From: Candidatus Omnitrophota bacterium
Lineage (GTDB): Bacteria; Omnitrophota; Omnitrophia; Omnitrophales; Aquincolibacteriaceae
DNA length: 64,000 nucleotides
Reading direction: 5' to 3'
NCBI GenBank assembly: GCA_016930235.1
Contig: JAFGHI010000007.1
Coordinates: 27,341 to 91,340, forward strand
The notes below the pieces were generated by a model. It did no database searches. It saw only the letters and a program-made list of their open reading frames with translations, and was not told the DNA's origin. How positions within the stretch are numbered: the first letter of the stretch is position 1; each line of letters opens with the position of its first letter. A program made the position numbers and the translations under genes. Shown piece after piece: positions 19,315-29,951 of this stretch.

Positions 19315-20814
19315 ATGGAAAAAAGAAGCATCGCAATTATCGGCGGTGGGATATCGGGGTTAGCTACGGCTTATTATCTTGACCGGTTAAGCGAAGAAGA
19401 AAAGCTCCCCCTCGGAATTACGGTTTATGAGAAGAAAAATCAACTGGGCGGCGTTCTTGAGACTTTCTGCGAGGACGATTTTTGTCTGGAAGGAGGCCCG
19501 GATTCGTTTATTTCCGAAAAACCATGGGCTGCTTCCCTTTGCCGGGAGCTCGGGTTGGCCAATGAATTGATGGGGACAAACCCCAATATCCGGCAAAGTT
19601 TTGTTTTATGGAAAGGCCGTCTTCATCCGATTCCGGAGGGGTTCTATCTGATGGCGCCTACTTTAGTCCTTCCCATGATCCGCACGCCGCTTTTGAGCTG
19701 GCAGGGAAAATTTCGGATGGCCATGGAGGCATGGATTCCCCGAAAGAAATTCAGCGGGGATGAGAGCGTTGCTTCTTTTATTCAAAGGCGTTTCGGTCAT
19801 GAAATTCTGGAGCGTTTAGGTCAGCCTTTGATCGGCGGGATTTATTCGGCCGATCCGGAAAATCTCAGTTTAGAGGCAACTTTTCCCCGGTTTCTTGAAA
19901 TGGAAAAAAAGCACGGCAGTGTCACACGGGCCTTGATGAGCATGAAGCAAGACAAGAAAAGCCATTTCGGAAAAGCCAGCGGTGCCCGCTACAGTTTGTT
20001 TATGACTTTGCGGGATGGGATGGTTTCTCTCGTCCAGGCCCTTGAAAAAGCAATGCCGAAAGTCCGCATTTTAAAGAATGCTGAGGTCAGGAAAGTCGAG
20101 TGTTTGCGCTCAGAAACGTGGCGGCTTGAAATCAAGGGGGGATTGTTTGAGGAAGCAGACAGCCTTTGCCTGGCGATGCCGACTCCGGCGGCGGCCAAGG
20201 TCGTTGGATTTTTCGATCCCTCTTTGGCGGATGATTTGAAGGAATTCAAGTATGAATCCGTTGCAACCGTCCATTGCCTGTTTGAAAGGAAGAAAATCCG
20301 TCATCCTCTCAATGGCTTGGGTTATGTGGTGCCTGCTTCTCAAAAGAAAAAGATCATCGGCTGTACCTTCTCAAGTATGAAATTCCCGGGAAAGGCAGAT
20401 AAGAGAGAACGACATGAGTTTGTTCTCCTGCGCGCTTTTGTAGGGGGCGCTTTCGGGCGGGCGAGTTTCGATGCGGAGGATAAAACTTTAAAAGAAATGG
20501 TTGCCAAAGAATTGTGCGAGATATTGGGAATCGAGACTGCACCGCTTTGGACCAGGATTTTCCGGTATCCGGAGTCCATGCCGCAGTATGAAGTCGGACA
20601 TCTTGAGCATGTCCAGAAACTTAAAAGAAGAATAGAAGCTTGTCCGGGTCTTTATTTGACCGGGAATGCTTACCGGGGGATTGGGATCCCCGACTGCATC
20701 CGGCATGCAGAATTGACCGCCGATCGGATATTTGGCGATCTTCTCCCGGGCGGGAAATCGGCGCCGCAGTGTGTTGGTGCGGGTGAGGTGAAAGAGAAAA
20801 GTTTCCGCGGCTAG
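19315..20814 (+). CDS. hemY: Protoporphyrinogen/coproporphyrinogen III oxidase (HemY/CgoX family, FAD-dependent)
   Basis: N-terminal FAD-binding Rossmann motif IAIIGGGISGLATAYYL. The segment LGGVLETF...EGGPDSFI is HemY-like. 499 aa. Confidence 0.7.
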   Translation: MEKRSIAIIGGGISGLATAYYLDRLSEEEKLPLGITVYEKKNQLGGVLETFCEDDFCLEGGPDSFISEKPWAASLCRELGLANELMGTNPNIRQSFVLWKGRLHPIPEGFYLMAPTLVLPMIRTPLLSWQGKFRMAMEAWIPRKKFSGDESVASFIQRRFGHEILERLGQPLIGGIYSADPENLSLEATFPRFLEMEKKHGSVTRALMSMKQDKKSHFGKASGARYSLFMTLRDGMVSLVQALEKAMPKVRILKNAEVRKVECLRSETWRLEIKGGLFEEADSLCLAMPTPAAAKVVGFFDPSLADDLKEFKYESVATVHCLFERKKIRHPLNGLGYVVPASQKKKIIGCTFSSMKFPGKADKRERHEFVLLRAFVGGAFGRASFDAEDKTLKEMVAKELCEILGIETAPLWTRIFRYPESMPQYEVGHLEHVQKLKRRIEACPGLYLTGNAYRGIGIPDCIRHAELTADRIFGDLLPGGKSAPQCVGAGEVKEKSFRG

Positions 20815-20867
20815 ATGTCGAAAAAGATGAGGATGAAAATATCCGCCAAACAATCGAGAAAAAAGAT

Positions 20868-22967
20868 ATGAATGTGAACCCGACATCAACGCCGAACCGA
20901 TGGCTCGAGCTTGCTCAGGTCTTTCTCGGCGCGTGTGTGTTCGGTTTCTTATTCAGCTTGATTGATCTCGGGCTTTTGAGTCAGGCGTCAGACTTTTATC
21001 TTAGGGTGCCGGGCTTGAGTGTCGCAGGCAAGTTCACTTGCTTTATCTTTGATTTCGGAGCCACTTTTTTTCTTGCTTTCCTATTTATTGGATTTTTCCT
21101 CCTGCGCGAAAAATGGTTGTCCTTAGGGGCTATCGTTGTCCTTGCTCAAATCCTTTTTCTTTATGTGACGAGCTGGATTATGTTTTACGGGATGGGAGTC
21201 TTTCTTGACCTGGAAGGGGTGAGGTTCCTTTTTTATAATTACCGCCAAATTGTTCTGCATATCCTGCAGATTAATCCAATTATTTTTTTCATTGCGTTGG
21301 GGGCTGTCTTCCTGACGGCGCTTTTATTTTATGGGATTGTCAAGATCGCCCACGTTCTTTATCGTGCTTTTGTGCCAAAACGGTTAACAGGGATCCTCAG
21401 TTTGTTGATGGTTTGTTGTGTGGTGACGGTTTTTCTGGGTGCTGGCCGTGAACTTGCTTCCTCCCGCGATGAGGATCTTCGCCGGATAATGAGATTTCAG
21501 GTATCCCCCCAACTATCGATTCTATTCAGCTTTTTTGACCGGAGACGGATTCCTGTTGAGGCTGAAAGCCCTTTGGAGTGGGAATGGCATGAACAAGTTT
21601 CTCTGGAAGACTATCAGAAAAGGGAGGACGCCCGCATCAAGAAACACCCTGTGATTATCATTGTGATTGAATCTTTAAGGAGCGATGTTTTGAAGGATGG
21701 TCGCGTGATGCCTTACGTCTATGCGCTGACTCAGGAAAGCGTTTATTTCCCGCATGCTTTTTCAACCAGCTCTCACTCCGATTACGCCGACCCAAGCATC
21801 CTTTCTTCCCATTATCCTTTACGCTCGCTTGAACATCATTATTATCCGCGAAAGATTCCGTACCCCCGGGTGCTTCTTTATGACATCCTTAAAGCGTTCG
21901 GATATAAAACAGCGATCTTCTCCGCTCAAAATGAAAGCTGGGGGAACATGCGCCATTATTTGGAGACCGGTAGCCTTGACGTTTTCTTTGATGCGACTTC
22001 CGCGGTGGAATCCCTTTATGAGCCGACTCAAAACACAGGTTTTTCCGAAATCTTCGGGGGATTTGAGAACGCAGGGAAGGTTGACGACCGGATCGTGATC
22101 CGCGAGGCCAATCACTGGATATCCTCGCTTAAAAAAGAACCTTTCTTCATCTATTTTAATTTTCAGCGTTCCCATTTTCCTTATACCTGGCCCGATTCTT
22201 TCCACCCCACGTTTGAACCTTTTGAGCTGAACACAAAGGTCCAGTTTGGTGATTATCCCGAGGAAATGATCCCGGTCATGAAGAACCGCTATTGGAATGC
22301 CCTTTCCTATATTGACCAGCAGATCGGAGGTTTTTTCGAGTTCCTGAAGAAACGGGGGCTTTATGACGAGGCGGTCCTTATTGTTACAGGCGATACCGGA
22401 CAATCTTTTTATGAACACGAGAAGGACAGCTGCCACGGAGGGCCGCTTTATAATACCGCTGTTTCGATACCGCTTTTGATCAAAACGCCCAACGCTATTG
22501 AAAAAGGCCGCCGGGATGTTTTCGTTCAGCATACGGATGTTGCGCCTTCCGTCAGCCGTCTTCTCAATCTGACGCCTCATCCGTCTTTTCAGGGCGAAAG
22601 TGTTTTTGATCATCAAGACTTGAGCCGGCGGCCCATCTTTATCGTCGCTCAGACCAATCGAGCTGAGCAGGATGCTGTGATTTGGAAAAACTTCAAGTTG
22701 ATCTATGATCACCGAAGCGGTCAGCATGCCCTTTATGACCTCACCCTTGATTTCGAGGAAAAAAATAATCTTTTCCACACGGAACCCGAGCGGGCTGAAA
22801 GACTCAAGAATGTTCTCCTTGAATGGAGAAAAATGCAGCTGTCCTATTATCAAGATGCTTACAAAAGAAAGATCTATTATCCTCCCAAAGTGAAACCTTT
22901 AGAAAATCTTGAGTCCGAGGAGACCCTAAGCCCATATGCGACAATGCCGGCAGATCGTTTTTCTTGA
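20868..22967 (+). CDS. Sulfatase-family membrane protein (LtaS/phosphoethanolamine-transferase-like)
   Basis: An N-terminal 5-TM domain is followed by an alkaline-phosphatase-superfamily domain (HPVIIIVIESLRSDV with a nucleophile-position Ser, plus His/Asp metal ligands). Confidence 0.55.
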   Translation: MNVNPTSTPNRWLELAQVFLGACVFGFLFSLIDLGLLSQASDFYLRVPGLSVAGKFTCFIFDFGATFFLAFLFIGFFLLREKWLSLGAIVVLAQILFLYVTSWIMFYGMGVFLDLEGVRFLFYNYRQIVLHILQINPIIFFIALGAVFLTALLFYGIVKIAHVLYRAFVPKRLTGILSLLMVCCVVTVFLGAGRELASSRDEDLRRIMRFQVSPQLSILFSFFDRRRIPVEAESPLEWEWHEQVSLEDYQKREDARIKKHPVIIIVIESLRSDVLKDGRVMPYVYALTQESVYFPHAFSTSSHSDYADPSILSSHYPLRSLEHHYYPRKIPYPRVLLYDILKAFGYKTAIFSAQNESWGNMRHYLETGSLDVFFDATSAVESLYEPTQNTGFSEIFGGFENAGKVDDRIVIREANHWISSLKKEPFFIYFNFQRSHFPYTWPDSFHPTFEPFELNTKVQFGDYPEEMIPVMKNRYWNALSYIDQQIGGFFEFLKKRGLYDEAVLIVTGDTGQSFYEHEKDSCHGGPLYNTAVSIPLLIKTPNAIEKGRRDVFVQHTDVAPSVSRLLNLTPHPSFQGESVFDHQDLSRRPIFIVAQTNRAEQDAVIWKNFKLIYDHRSGQHALYDLTLDFEEKNNLFHTEPERAERLKNVLLEWRKMQLSYYQDAYKRKIYYPPKVKPLENLESEETLSPYATMPADRFS

Positions 22968-23904
22968 TGCAGCGACTGTGGATTACGGGGATATTTCTTT
23001 CAATTCCCTTGATCAGGTTGGAAACTTCAAAGCCTATCGTCTTACCGGACCCCGGCAAGTGGTCCCTCGATCCGGGCGGGCTGACGTGGTGATTACCAAT
23101 AAATCCGTTTTTAACCGCGAGGTAATCGGGAAACTTAGGCGGACGAAAATGATTTGTGTGGCGGCAACGGGTTATAACAATGTGGATATCCAAGCGGCCA
23201 GAGAAAAGGGGATTGCGGTGACCAATGTCCGGGGTTATTCGACAACTTCAGTGGTCCAAGCCACTTGGACTTTTATCCTGGCTTTGGCCGGGAATCTCCT
23301 CAAGAATCATGAGGCGGCCCATGACGGACGGTGGAGCCGTTCGCCTCATTTTACTTTCGGGAAATATCCTTTACATGAATTGACGGGGAAACAGTTGGGG
23401 GTTTTGGGTTACGGTGAAATCGGGAGACGTGTGGCCAGGATTGCCTCCTCTTTCGGTATGAAGGTGTTGGTCGCTCGAATTCCTGGGCGCTCGTATCAGC
23501 GAAATGTGCATCCCAAGAGGATTTCTTTTCTCGAGGTTATTCGCCGGTCTGATTTCCTGACGATTCACGCCCCTTTGACTCCTTTAACTGAAAACTTGAT
23601 TGATGGAAGGATTCTTCGTAAGATGAAGCCGGGATCGTTCCTTATCAATATGGCAAGAGGCGGCATTGTGAATGAAAACGCCCTGAAGGATTCCCTTGAA
23701 AGGGGGCATCTCTCGGGTGCAGCTTGTGATGTCTTAACGGAGGAACCGCCTAGGACATCGCATCCTTTGATCGGTGCGAAGAATTGTTTGTTGACCCCGC
23801 ATTGTGCGTGGGGAAGCTTGGAATCAAGGCAGCGGTTGATTGAAGAAATCGCTCAAAACATCAAGGCCTTTTATAAAAAAAGGAAACGCAATCGTATTGT
23901 TTAA
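22936..23904 (+). CDS. D-isomer-specific 2-hydroxyacid dehydrogenase (glycerate/hydroxypyruvate reductase-like)
   Basis: NAD-binding GVLGYGEIGRRVA is present. A catalytic His sits in TPHCAWGS. It overlaps the upstream gene by 32 nt. Confidence 0.7.
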   Translation: MRQCRQIVFLDAATVDYGDISFNSLDQVGNFKAYRLTGPRQVVPRSGRADVVITNKSVFNREVIGKLRRTKMICVAATGYNNVDIQAAREKGIAVTNVRGYSTTSVVQATWTFILALAGNLLKNHEAAHDGRWSRSPHFTFGKYPLHELTGKQLGVLGYGEIGRRVARIASSFGMKVLVARIPGRSYQRNVHPKRISFLEVIRRSDFLTIHAPLTPLTENLIDGRILRKMKPGSFLINMARGGIVNENALKDSLERGHLSGAACDVLTEEPPRTSHPLIGAKNCLLTPHCAWGSLESRQRLIEEIAQNIKAFYKKRKRNRIV

Positions 23905-23944
23905 CGGTTAAAACGACGTCGAGGACGAAAGAGGTGAAGGGATT

Positions 23945-25057
23945 ATGGATCCGAACAGTTATTTAAGTCAATGTCTAGGCAAGGTTCTTGAGATGAAAGG
24001 GCAGGACCTTTTTTTGAAGGTGGGGACGGTTCCGCGTACCCGTGTGGCCCGGACGGTTGTGCCGATGCCTTTTGAGCCGGTGAAAGAAGGAGAGACAAAG
24101 AACATTATCGAGTCTCTTCTCAATGAGGCCCAAAAAAAGTCCCTCGAGAAACATAAAAGCGTTGATTTTGCCTTTTCCCTGACCGGCCGCGAGCAGCGTT
24201 TTCGCGCCAATGTCTTCCTCCAGCAGGGGCTCTATTCGATTGTGATTCGAACTTTATGGAAAGGGATTCCGACCTTTGAGGAGCTTCATATCCCGCCCGT
24301 CATGAAAAAGATAGCCCTGGAAAGGTCGGGAATTATCCTTCTCGGGGGGGTGGTCTCTTCGGGGAAAACCACGACCATCACCGCCATGCTTGACATGATG
24401 AACCGGTCGGTGGAGCGGCATATCATCACGGTGGAAGATCCCGTGGAATACCTGCACTACGACAACAAATGTGTGATCAATCAGCGTGAAATCGGACAGG
24501 ACGCCAATGATTTTCAGTCTGCCTTAAAATATGTCGTCCGCCAATCCCCGGATGTCATCGTGATCGGGGAGATGCGGGATGCCGAGACGTTCAATTTTGC
24601 CGTGAGTGCCGCGGAGGTCGGCCGGCTGGTCATTTCCACTGTCCACGGCCGTTCGGTGACCCAGATCTTTGAACGCGTTCTGGGATTTTTTAAGCCCGAA
24701 CAGCGGGACACGGTTCTGAGCTCACTTTATCCCAACATTACCTGTTTTGCGGTCCAGCAGCTCCTTATTCAACCGGACGGAAAATCCCTTGTGCCGGCCT
24801 TTGAGATCATGATCGGCAACTACACCATCCAGCAGTTGGTCAAAGATAAGAAATTCGACAAAATCCCGCAGGCCCTTCGTAACGCCAATAAAGAAGGCAT
24901 GCAGACGATGGATCAATCCCTTTTCCAGCTCTGGAAAGACGGATTGATTACCCAGGAAACCGCCTTGTCCGCAAGCGAGCGGCCGCAGGAACTTGAGAAT
25001 ATCATGAAGGGGATCCGTATTGATGGTGAAACCGGCCGGATCTTGGGCGGTGATTAA
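23945..25057 (+). CDS. pilT: Type IV pilus retraction ATPase PilT/PilU family
   Basis: Walker A GGVVSSGKTTTI. ITVEDPVEYLH. Walker B/Asp box VIVIGEMRDAETF. His box TVHGRS. Collinear with PilT. Confidence 0.8.
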   Translation: MDPNSYLSQCLGKVLEMKGQDLFLKVGTVPRTRVARTVVPMPFEPVKEGETKNIIESLLNEAQKKSLEKHKSVDFAFSLTGREQRFRANVFLQQGLYSIVIRTLWKGIPTFEELHIPPVMKKIALERSGIILLGGVVSSGKTTTITAMLDMMNRSVERHIITVEDPVEYLHYDNKCVINQREIGQDANDFQSALKYVVRQSPDVIVIGEMRDAETFNFAVSAAEVGRLVISTVHGRSVTQIFERVLGFFKPEQRDTVLSSLYPNITCFAVQQLLIQPDGKSLVPAFEIMIGNYTIQQLVKDKKFDKIPQALRNANKEGMQTMDQSLFQLWKDGLITQETALSASERPQELENIMKGIRIDGETGRILGGD

Positions 25058-25080
25058 ACACGGGAACCCGTTCCAAGCCG

Positions 25081-25695
25081 ATGCGTAAACTAAAAGTTCG
25101 CTGGGTCATCACCAACAGCCTTCCCGCCGCATTTTTTCTTTTGCTGGCATTTTCCCGGTTCCAACATTTTTGGCAAGCACATCATGTTTTTCGTATAACT
25201 CACCTTCTCTTGGGGCTTCAACTCGTCACTGTCAGTTTTTTCTTCGTCATCCGCCGCGAAGCCCAAAACGTTTCCTGGAGACCCCTTGATGTTCTATTTG
25301 CGCTGCTGGGAACTTTTGCCCCATCTTTGTTTGCGTTGGAAGTGAGAGGTTCGCTTTGGTGGGGAGGGGTTTTATGCCAGGCTATTGGGGTCGGCCTTGT
25401 GATTTGGGGCGTTTTTTCCTTGAGAAGATCGCTGGGTATTTTGCCTGCAAATCGTGGAATTCAAACCCGGGGATTGTACCGCTTTATTCGCCATCCGATG
25501 TATACCGCTTATCAGATTGCTAATGTTGGGTACTTGATAAATTGTCCTGAATTTTACAACATTCTTGTTTTATTCGTATGTTTCTTATCGCAGGTCATGA
25601 GGATTTTTGCGGAGGAAAGGGTTTTAAGCCGGGATCCCGGCTACGCGGAATATCAACAACGTGTCCGCTGGAAAATGATCCCATTCATCTTTTAA
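25081..25695 (+). CDS. Isoprenylcysteine carboxyl methyltransferase / phospholipid methyltransferase family membrane protein
   Basis: The C-terminal motif RGLYRFIRHPMYTAYQIANVGY...E is the ICMT/PEMT signature. 4-5 TM helices. Confidence 0.5.
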   Translation: MRKLKVRWVITNSLPAAFFLLLAFSRFQHFWQAHHVFRITHLLLGLQLVTVSFFFVIRREAQNVSWRPLDVLFALLGTFAPSLFALEVRGSLWWGGVLCQAIGVGLVIWGVFSLRRSLGILPANRGIQTRGLYRFIRHPMYTAYQIANVGYLINCPEFYNILVLFVCFLSQVMRIFAEERVLSRDPGYAEYQQRVRWKMIPFIF

Positions 25696-26571
25696 ATGGG
25701 GGGAATCACGATGGAATTTTTACTCGTTAGTCTGCTGGTGGCCATGACGGTTCTGCTTGTCTGGATGATGGCGGTTGAGCCGCATCGTTATCAAGTGACA
25801 CGCCAACGTGTTTCGGTCACAAAATGCCGCCAGCATACCTTACGCATTCTCCATCTTTCGGACACCCATTTTGCCCGTAACGATTACTGGATGTCCCGGT
25901 TCTTTGACCGGTTGAGCCAAGAGCCTTATGACTTCGTCTTTCTTACCGGCGATATCTTTGACTGCAGGGCCGGGATTTCTTTTGCGTGCAAGAATTTAAA
26001 TAAGCTGAAATCACGGTACGGGATCTACGCAGTTTTCGGGAATCATGATTATTATAATTTTTTCCTTCAGGACGTTTTATTTCATAATTTTCCGGGGCAG
26101 GGCATGCCTTTCGAAGCCCAGCCGGTGGAACTTTTTACGAAAGCTTTGGAGGAAACAGGTATCCGGGTGCTTTCGAACGAATCGGTGGAATGTTGTCATG
26201 ACGGCCTGCCCATCGTGATCTATGGGTTGGATGATCCTACGACCGAACGCGCCAATCTGCGGCAAACGCTCCAAGGGTTTCGCCCGGTGAAGCTTAATAT
26301 CCTTTTAAGCCATACCGTCGATGTTCTCCTGGATGTGGGGGAAGCGGAGATCGATCTTTCGTTTTCGGGACATTCGCACGGGGGGCAGGTTTGTCTGCCT
26401 TTCCTCGGGCCCGTCGTGCTTCATACCGGTCTTGGACTTCCTTATGTTTCCGGGATCAAAAGATACAAGGGAACGGTATGTTCCATTTCGAGGGGATTAA
26501 GCGCAAGCCGTTTTTTTCCTTTTAGACTTCTATGCCGGCCGGAAGCAGTTATTTTAGAATTGCACAGTTAG
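25696..26571 (+). CDS. Membrane-anchored metallophosphoesterase (calcineurin-like)
   Basis: LHLSDTHF, GDIFD, GNHD and GHSH motifs are present. The alternative start ATG 25711 gives an N-terminal TM helix. Confidence 0.65.
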   Translation: MGGITMEFLLVSLLVAMTVLLVWMMAVEPHRYQVTRQRVSVTKCRQHTLRILHLSDTHFARNDYWMSRFFDRLSQEPYDFVFLTGDIFDCRAGISFACKNLNKLKSRYGIYAVFGNHDYYNFFLQDVLFHNFPGQGMPFEAQPVELFTKALEETGIRVLSNESVECCHDGLPIVIYGLDDPTTERANLRQTLQGFRPVKLNILLSHTVDVLLDVGEAEIDLSFSGHSHGGQVCLPFLGPVVLHTGLGLPYVSGIKRYKGTVCSISRGLSASRFFPFRLLCRPEAVILELHS

Positions 26572-26594
26572 ATAAAGAAATGCTCCAGCCGAAA

Positions 26595-28103
26595 CTATTC
26601 AACGAGAGCGAATGGCGATTCTTCATTCAGGACATTAAAAGACTGTTGCAGCTGAGAGGCATTGGCTGAGCAGAAATATTTACCCCCTGTGATTTCGGCG
26701 ATCCGTGCCATGAGTTCATAGGCTTCGGGTTCAGTAACGTCCCCCGTGTCACAGCCTTCATTAAAATAGATGGTGTGAATTGTGATGTTCTGATTAGCCG
26801 CCTCTTGGGCCATGCGCAGAGCATAATCCGGAGCTAAATTTAATAGCTGCAATTCTCCCGCCGTACATTCATTGTAACTGCCTGGTGGTGCAGTGCGGTC
26901 ACACCAGGCGCAATCATTGACGGTTGGAGGGTCGTTTTCTTTACAAGTTGCCATCCCGTCGGAAAGAAGGATGATCTGGTTAACATGGGCATCCTGTTGG
27001 GATGCTCCCCCCAGAGCAAGCATGTTTATAGAGACTTTAATAGCATGTCCGATATTGGTAAATCCCCAATCTCCCCAGTAGTAATAATCATCAGGTATAT
27101 AATCGTTAGGGTCGTCTTGTCCCAAAGGATCTCCCGGATAGGGCATATCGGGATTCCAAGCCGGATATCCTGTGATTAAGTTGCCCTCTGCATCTTTATA
27201 GTTATTCCAGTTATTCAAAATACTATCAATTTCCGTAATGACATCATTCTTATTTTCATTGGCAGTTACAGTATTGTTGCCGGCGGGTATCCTTTGAGAT
27301 GCGATGGATCCATAAACCACGAGACCGATGCCGTAAAACCGATTAAAAAGGTGATTATTCGGATCTACAATAAAATCATGTGTTGTCTCAAGAACATCCC
27401 ATGCGGGTTGGGGCGGCCCACCCAGACATTCGGCAGCGTCGTACTCGGATTTCGGAGCAAAAATAAAGATACGTTCTGATGGATCGAAAATAGTAGCTCC
27501 CGGGCAGTTTGGAGGTTGCCCCGGATAAGTTTCATTGTCCATCGAATTGGATAAATCTAAAGCGAAAACGATGCGTCGGACAGAGGCCATAGCAATGGCC
27601 GTTCTTTGGAATGTGGCATCACTCGTGAGCCCCAAGACCCTGGCCAGCCGCCAGCTGAAGGGCTCGTTCCTCTGAGCGCCTGACCCTTGCCGGATAGTGA
27701 CTTCGACAGCGTTAACGTTTCCGGGGTCATTCTGGATATTTTTTTCTTGAAAAAAGCCCGGGGTACCATCGTCTAGGTTCGGGGGCGTCCAGAGACCAAA
27801 GCGGACATCCTGTGCGGGGTTCATCTCCACTTCCCCCGAAAAGCGGATGGTATTAAGTTTCATCATATTCTCGATAATCCTGTTGATCTCCTGTTTCTTT
27901 TGTCCCACGGCGTAGTTGTTATTAAATAAAACTTCCGTCATCCGCCTTGCGCCTGAAAGGGCTGCCATGTCCGCGGCGTTTTGAAGCTCAGTGGTAATCA
28001 GATAAGCAAGTCCCAGATCGATGGCAAGTCCGGCCGCTCCGATCAGGACAGGGAGCATGAGCGCGAAAAGGACAATAATGGCGCCTTTTTCTTTCTTCTT
28101 CAT
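26595..28103 (-). CDS. TadG-like Flp-pilus pseudopilin with von Willebrand factor A domain
   Basis: Start chosen at MKKKEKGAIIVLFALMLPVLIGAAGLAIDLG, a TadE/TadG N-terminal prepilin-like helix. A vWA MIDAS motif (VFALDLSNSMD) follows. The track ORF extends to 28154. Confidence 0.6.
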   Translation of the reverse strand: MKKKEKGAIIVLFALMLPVLIGAAGLAIDLGLAYLITTELQNAADMAALSGARRMTEVLFNNNYAVGQKKQEINRIIENMMKLNTIRFSGEVEMNPAQDVRFGLWTPPNLDDGTPGFFQEKNIQNDPGNVNAVEVTIRQGSGAQRNEPFSWRLARVLGLTSDATFQRTAIAMASVRRIVFALDLSNSMDNETYPGQPPNCPGATIFDPSERIFIFAPKSEYDAAECLGGPPQPAWDVLETTHDFIVDPNNHLFNRFYGIGLVVYGSIASQRIPAGNNTVTANENKNDVITEIDSILNNWNNYKDAEGNLITGYPAWNPDMPYPGDPLGQDDPNDYIPDDYYYWGDWGFTNIGHAIKVSINMLALGGASQQDAHVNQIILLSDGMATCKENDPPTVNDCAWCDRTAPPGSYNECTAGELQLLNLAPDYALRMAQEAANQNITIHTIYFNEGCDTGDVTEPEAYELMARIAEITGGKYFCSANASQLQQSFNVLNEESPFALVE

Positions 28104-28150
28104 CCGACCTTGAATGGTTGCATATCCTTTTTTTATCATAACATTGTACC

Positions 28151-29056
28151 TCAAGGCTCTCTTTTTGCGCCGCCTGCTTTGGCGGTATTCCTTGGCACGA
28201 AAGGATTAAGCGTTGCCGTTGCCGTTGCTGTTGCCGATGCCGTTGCCGTTGCTGTTGCTGTCGCTGTTGCTGCTGCTGTAGGCGTTGGTGTCGGGGTTGG
28301 ACTTCCCTCAGTCGTTGGTGTCTCATGCGGTGTTGGTGTTGGCAAATCCGGCAGAGATGGCATTATGCTGGGCCAGAATGACGGCAGCCATAATGTGGCC
28401 GTCGGTGTATAGTGGGGTGTTGCTGTCGGTGTCCACGTTGACGTTGGTGATCCACCCGGTGTGGGTGATCCACCCGGTGTGGGTGTTTCAGTCGATGTAG
28501 TGGTAGCCGTTGGCGATGCCGTCGGCGATGCCGGAGGCACGCTCGCGGCTGCTGACGGCCCCACAGTGGGTATCTTGGGTGGCGCGTCCGGGATATTCGA
28601 TAATTTTGGCGGTCCCAACGTCACGTAATAAGAAGAAGCACTTGCTTCTAGATCAAGATTGCCAGATAGCCCGGGCAAGAATCCCGCTACCGGGGATTGA
28701 AAGGTCGTATGAACCGTAACGGTAATCGGGTCTTTTCTCAAATCGGTTGGGATCTCCACATCCGCCAAAGGAGTAAAGGTGAGCGGAAACGTGTAAGGTG
28801 CGGAGGTCCCCGCATATTTGACGCTTGCGGCCTGACGAATAGACGTATCCGTCGGCTCCGGAGCTATAGCGGCTTCACGAACCGTTTCCCGGGCAATGCG
28901 GTATGCCGACACCCATTGATAGAATGCCCGTCCGAATTCGATGATCCCAAAAATAAGCATGAGAAAAAGGGCAAGAAGAAGTGCCGTTTCTACGATTGTC
29001 TGGCCTCGATTTCTACTGAGCCATCGTTCCGTTTTTTTTGAAAATATTTTTTCCAT
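28151..29056 (-). CDS. TadE-like pseudopilin with long C-terminal Pro/Thr/Ala-rich low-complexity tract
   Basis: The TadE signature RGQTIVETALLLALFLMLIFGIIEFGRAF follows the start chosen at MEKIFSKK (29056). The C-terminal ~150 aa are PT-rich (PTPGGSPTPGGSPT, PTPTPTAAATATATATATASATATATAT). Confidence 0.6.
   Translation of the reverse strand: MEKIFSKKTERWLSRNRGQTIVETALLLALFLMLIFGIIEFGRAFYQWVSAYRIARETVREAAIAPEPTDTSIRQAASVKYAGTSAPYTFPLTFTPLADVEIPTDLRKDPITVTVHTTFQSPVAGFLPGLSGNLDLEASASSYYVTLGPPKLSNIPDAPPKIPTVGPSAAASVPPASPTASPTATTTSTETPTPGGSPTPGGSPTSTWTPTATPHYTPTATLWLPSFWPSIMPSLPDLPTPTPHETPTTEGSPTPTPTPTAAATATATATATASATATATATLNPFVPRNTAKAGGAKREP
28190..28520. repeat. Low-complexity/short tandem repeat DNA encoding the Pro/Thr/Ala-rich tract of the pseudopilin
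   Basis: GTTGCCGTTGCYGTTGCC-type 6-nt periodic repeats lie at 28200-28300. A 20-nt direct repeat GTGATCCACCCGGTGTGGGT occurs twice at ~28448-28490. These produce spurious ORFs in other frames. Confidence 0.7.
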
Positions 29057-29075
29057 TTTTACCCTCTTTTTTTCT

Positions 29076-29615
29076 TTAGGTTCGTCCGCACGTCCATACT
29101 CCGCTTTCATTCCATTGGCAGCGCTGACTGTAAGCATAGGTTGTTACCGATACATATAATGTCGGGTCAATCCCCAGTAAGTTTTCCAATAACCCGCCGA
29201 GAAAATATTCGGGCTTGTGACGGATTCTTGTCATGAAAATAATAGCACCTTGAATATTCGGCGGATCGTCATTCAAGTTAATATGAAAATCATTCATATC
29301 GAGAAAATAGTGCGATAGGATGAAAGGTAGCGGAGATTCCGCCCAGTGCGGGATCCCTGAATCGGCAAGGACACGTCGGGCCCGATTTGCTCCCATTTGG
29401 GGCATCTCCGCAGTCGGGAGTGTTGATTCTGCGCCAATTCGCGTTCCTTCTCTTGCGGCTGCAACCATACGGTGATAAGTATAAATCATATTGCTAATGT
29501 CAATTGCGCCAAGGACCAATAATAACAGGATAGGCAGAATAAGCGCAAACTCAACGAGTGCTTGTCCGCGACTGTCCATTTTCGGCTTTAATTTCATTCT
29601 AGCGTCCTTCATCAT
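29076..29615 (-). CDS. TadE-like pseudopilin (first gene of the minus-strand pseudopilin operon)
   Basis: It contains RGQALVEFALILPILLLLVLGAIDISNMIYTYHRM. In-frame alternative starts lie at 29597 and 29579. It lies divergent from the GT39/PA14 gene across a 336-bp AT-rich region. Confidence 0.6.
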   Translation of the reverse strand: MMKDARMKLKPKMDSRGQALVEFALILPILLLLVLGAIDISNMIYTYHRMVAAAREGTRIGAESTLPTAEMPQMGANRARRVLADSGIPHWAESPLPFILSHYFLDMNDFHINLNDDPPNIQGAIIFMTRIRHKPEYFLGGLLENLLGIDPTLYVSVTTYAYSQRCQWNESGVWTCGRT

Positions 29616-29951
29616 TGGCGATTAAAACGACATATTTTCCTACTATTAGAAAGATACCATAAATATCTATCGAAAAGAAGACTTTGTATCATCATTTTCG
29701 TTGCATAATCTAATAAGATAGAGCATGATTGATCAAAACTATCAAAGATTTCATTGAAAAAGGGCGATCTTTTGTGGTATTTTCAAAAAGTCATGTACGT
29801 AATAATAGAAGATGGCCATTATTTTAAGTCCGCCGCCTCTGAGTATAAAAGCCTTGGCAATCGCAGGTTTTTTGAATATGTGCCGATAGAATTCAGCAGT
29901 GAATGATTGGGAACAAGGAACATCGCAGTCCTATCGTTTTTATAAAATAGC

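Noticed and set aside
27981-28500. Track ORFs 27981..28412(+), 27988..28326(-), 28285..28500(+) with poly-Q/poly-VA sequences
   Set aside because: They are low-complexity artefacts of the GTTGCC-type repeat that encodes the Pro/Thr/Ala-rich tail of the TadE-like gene on the minus strand.
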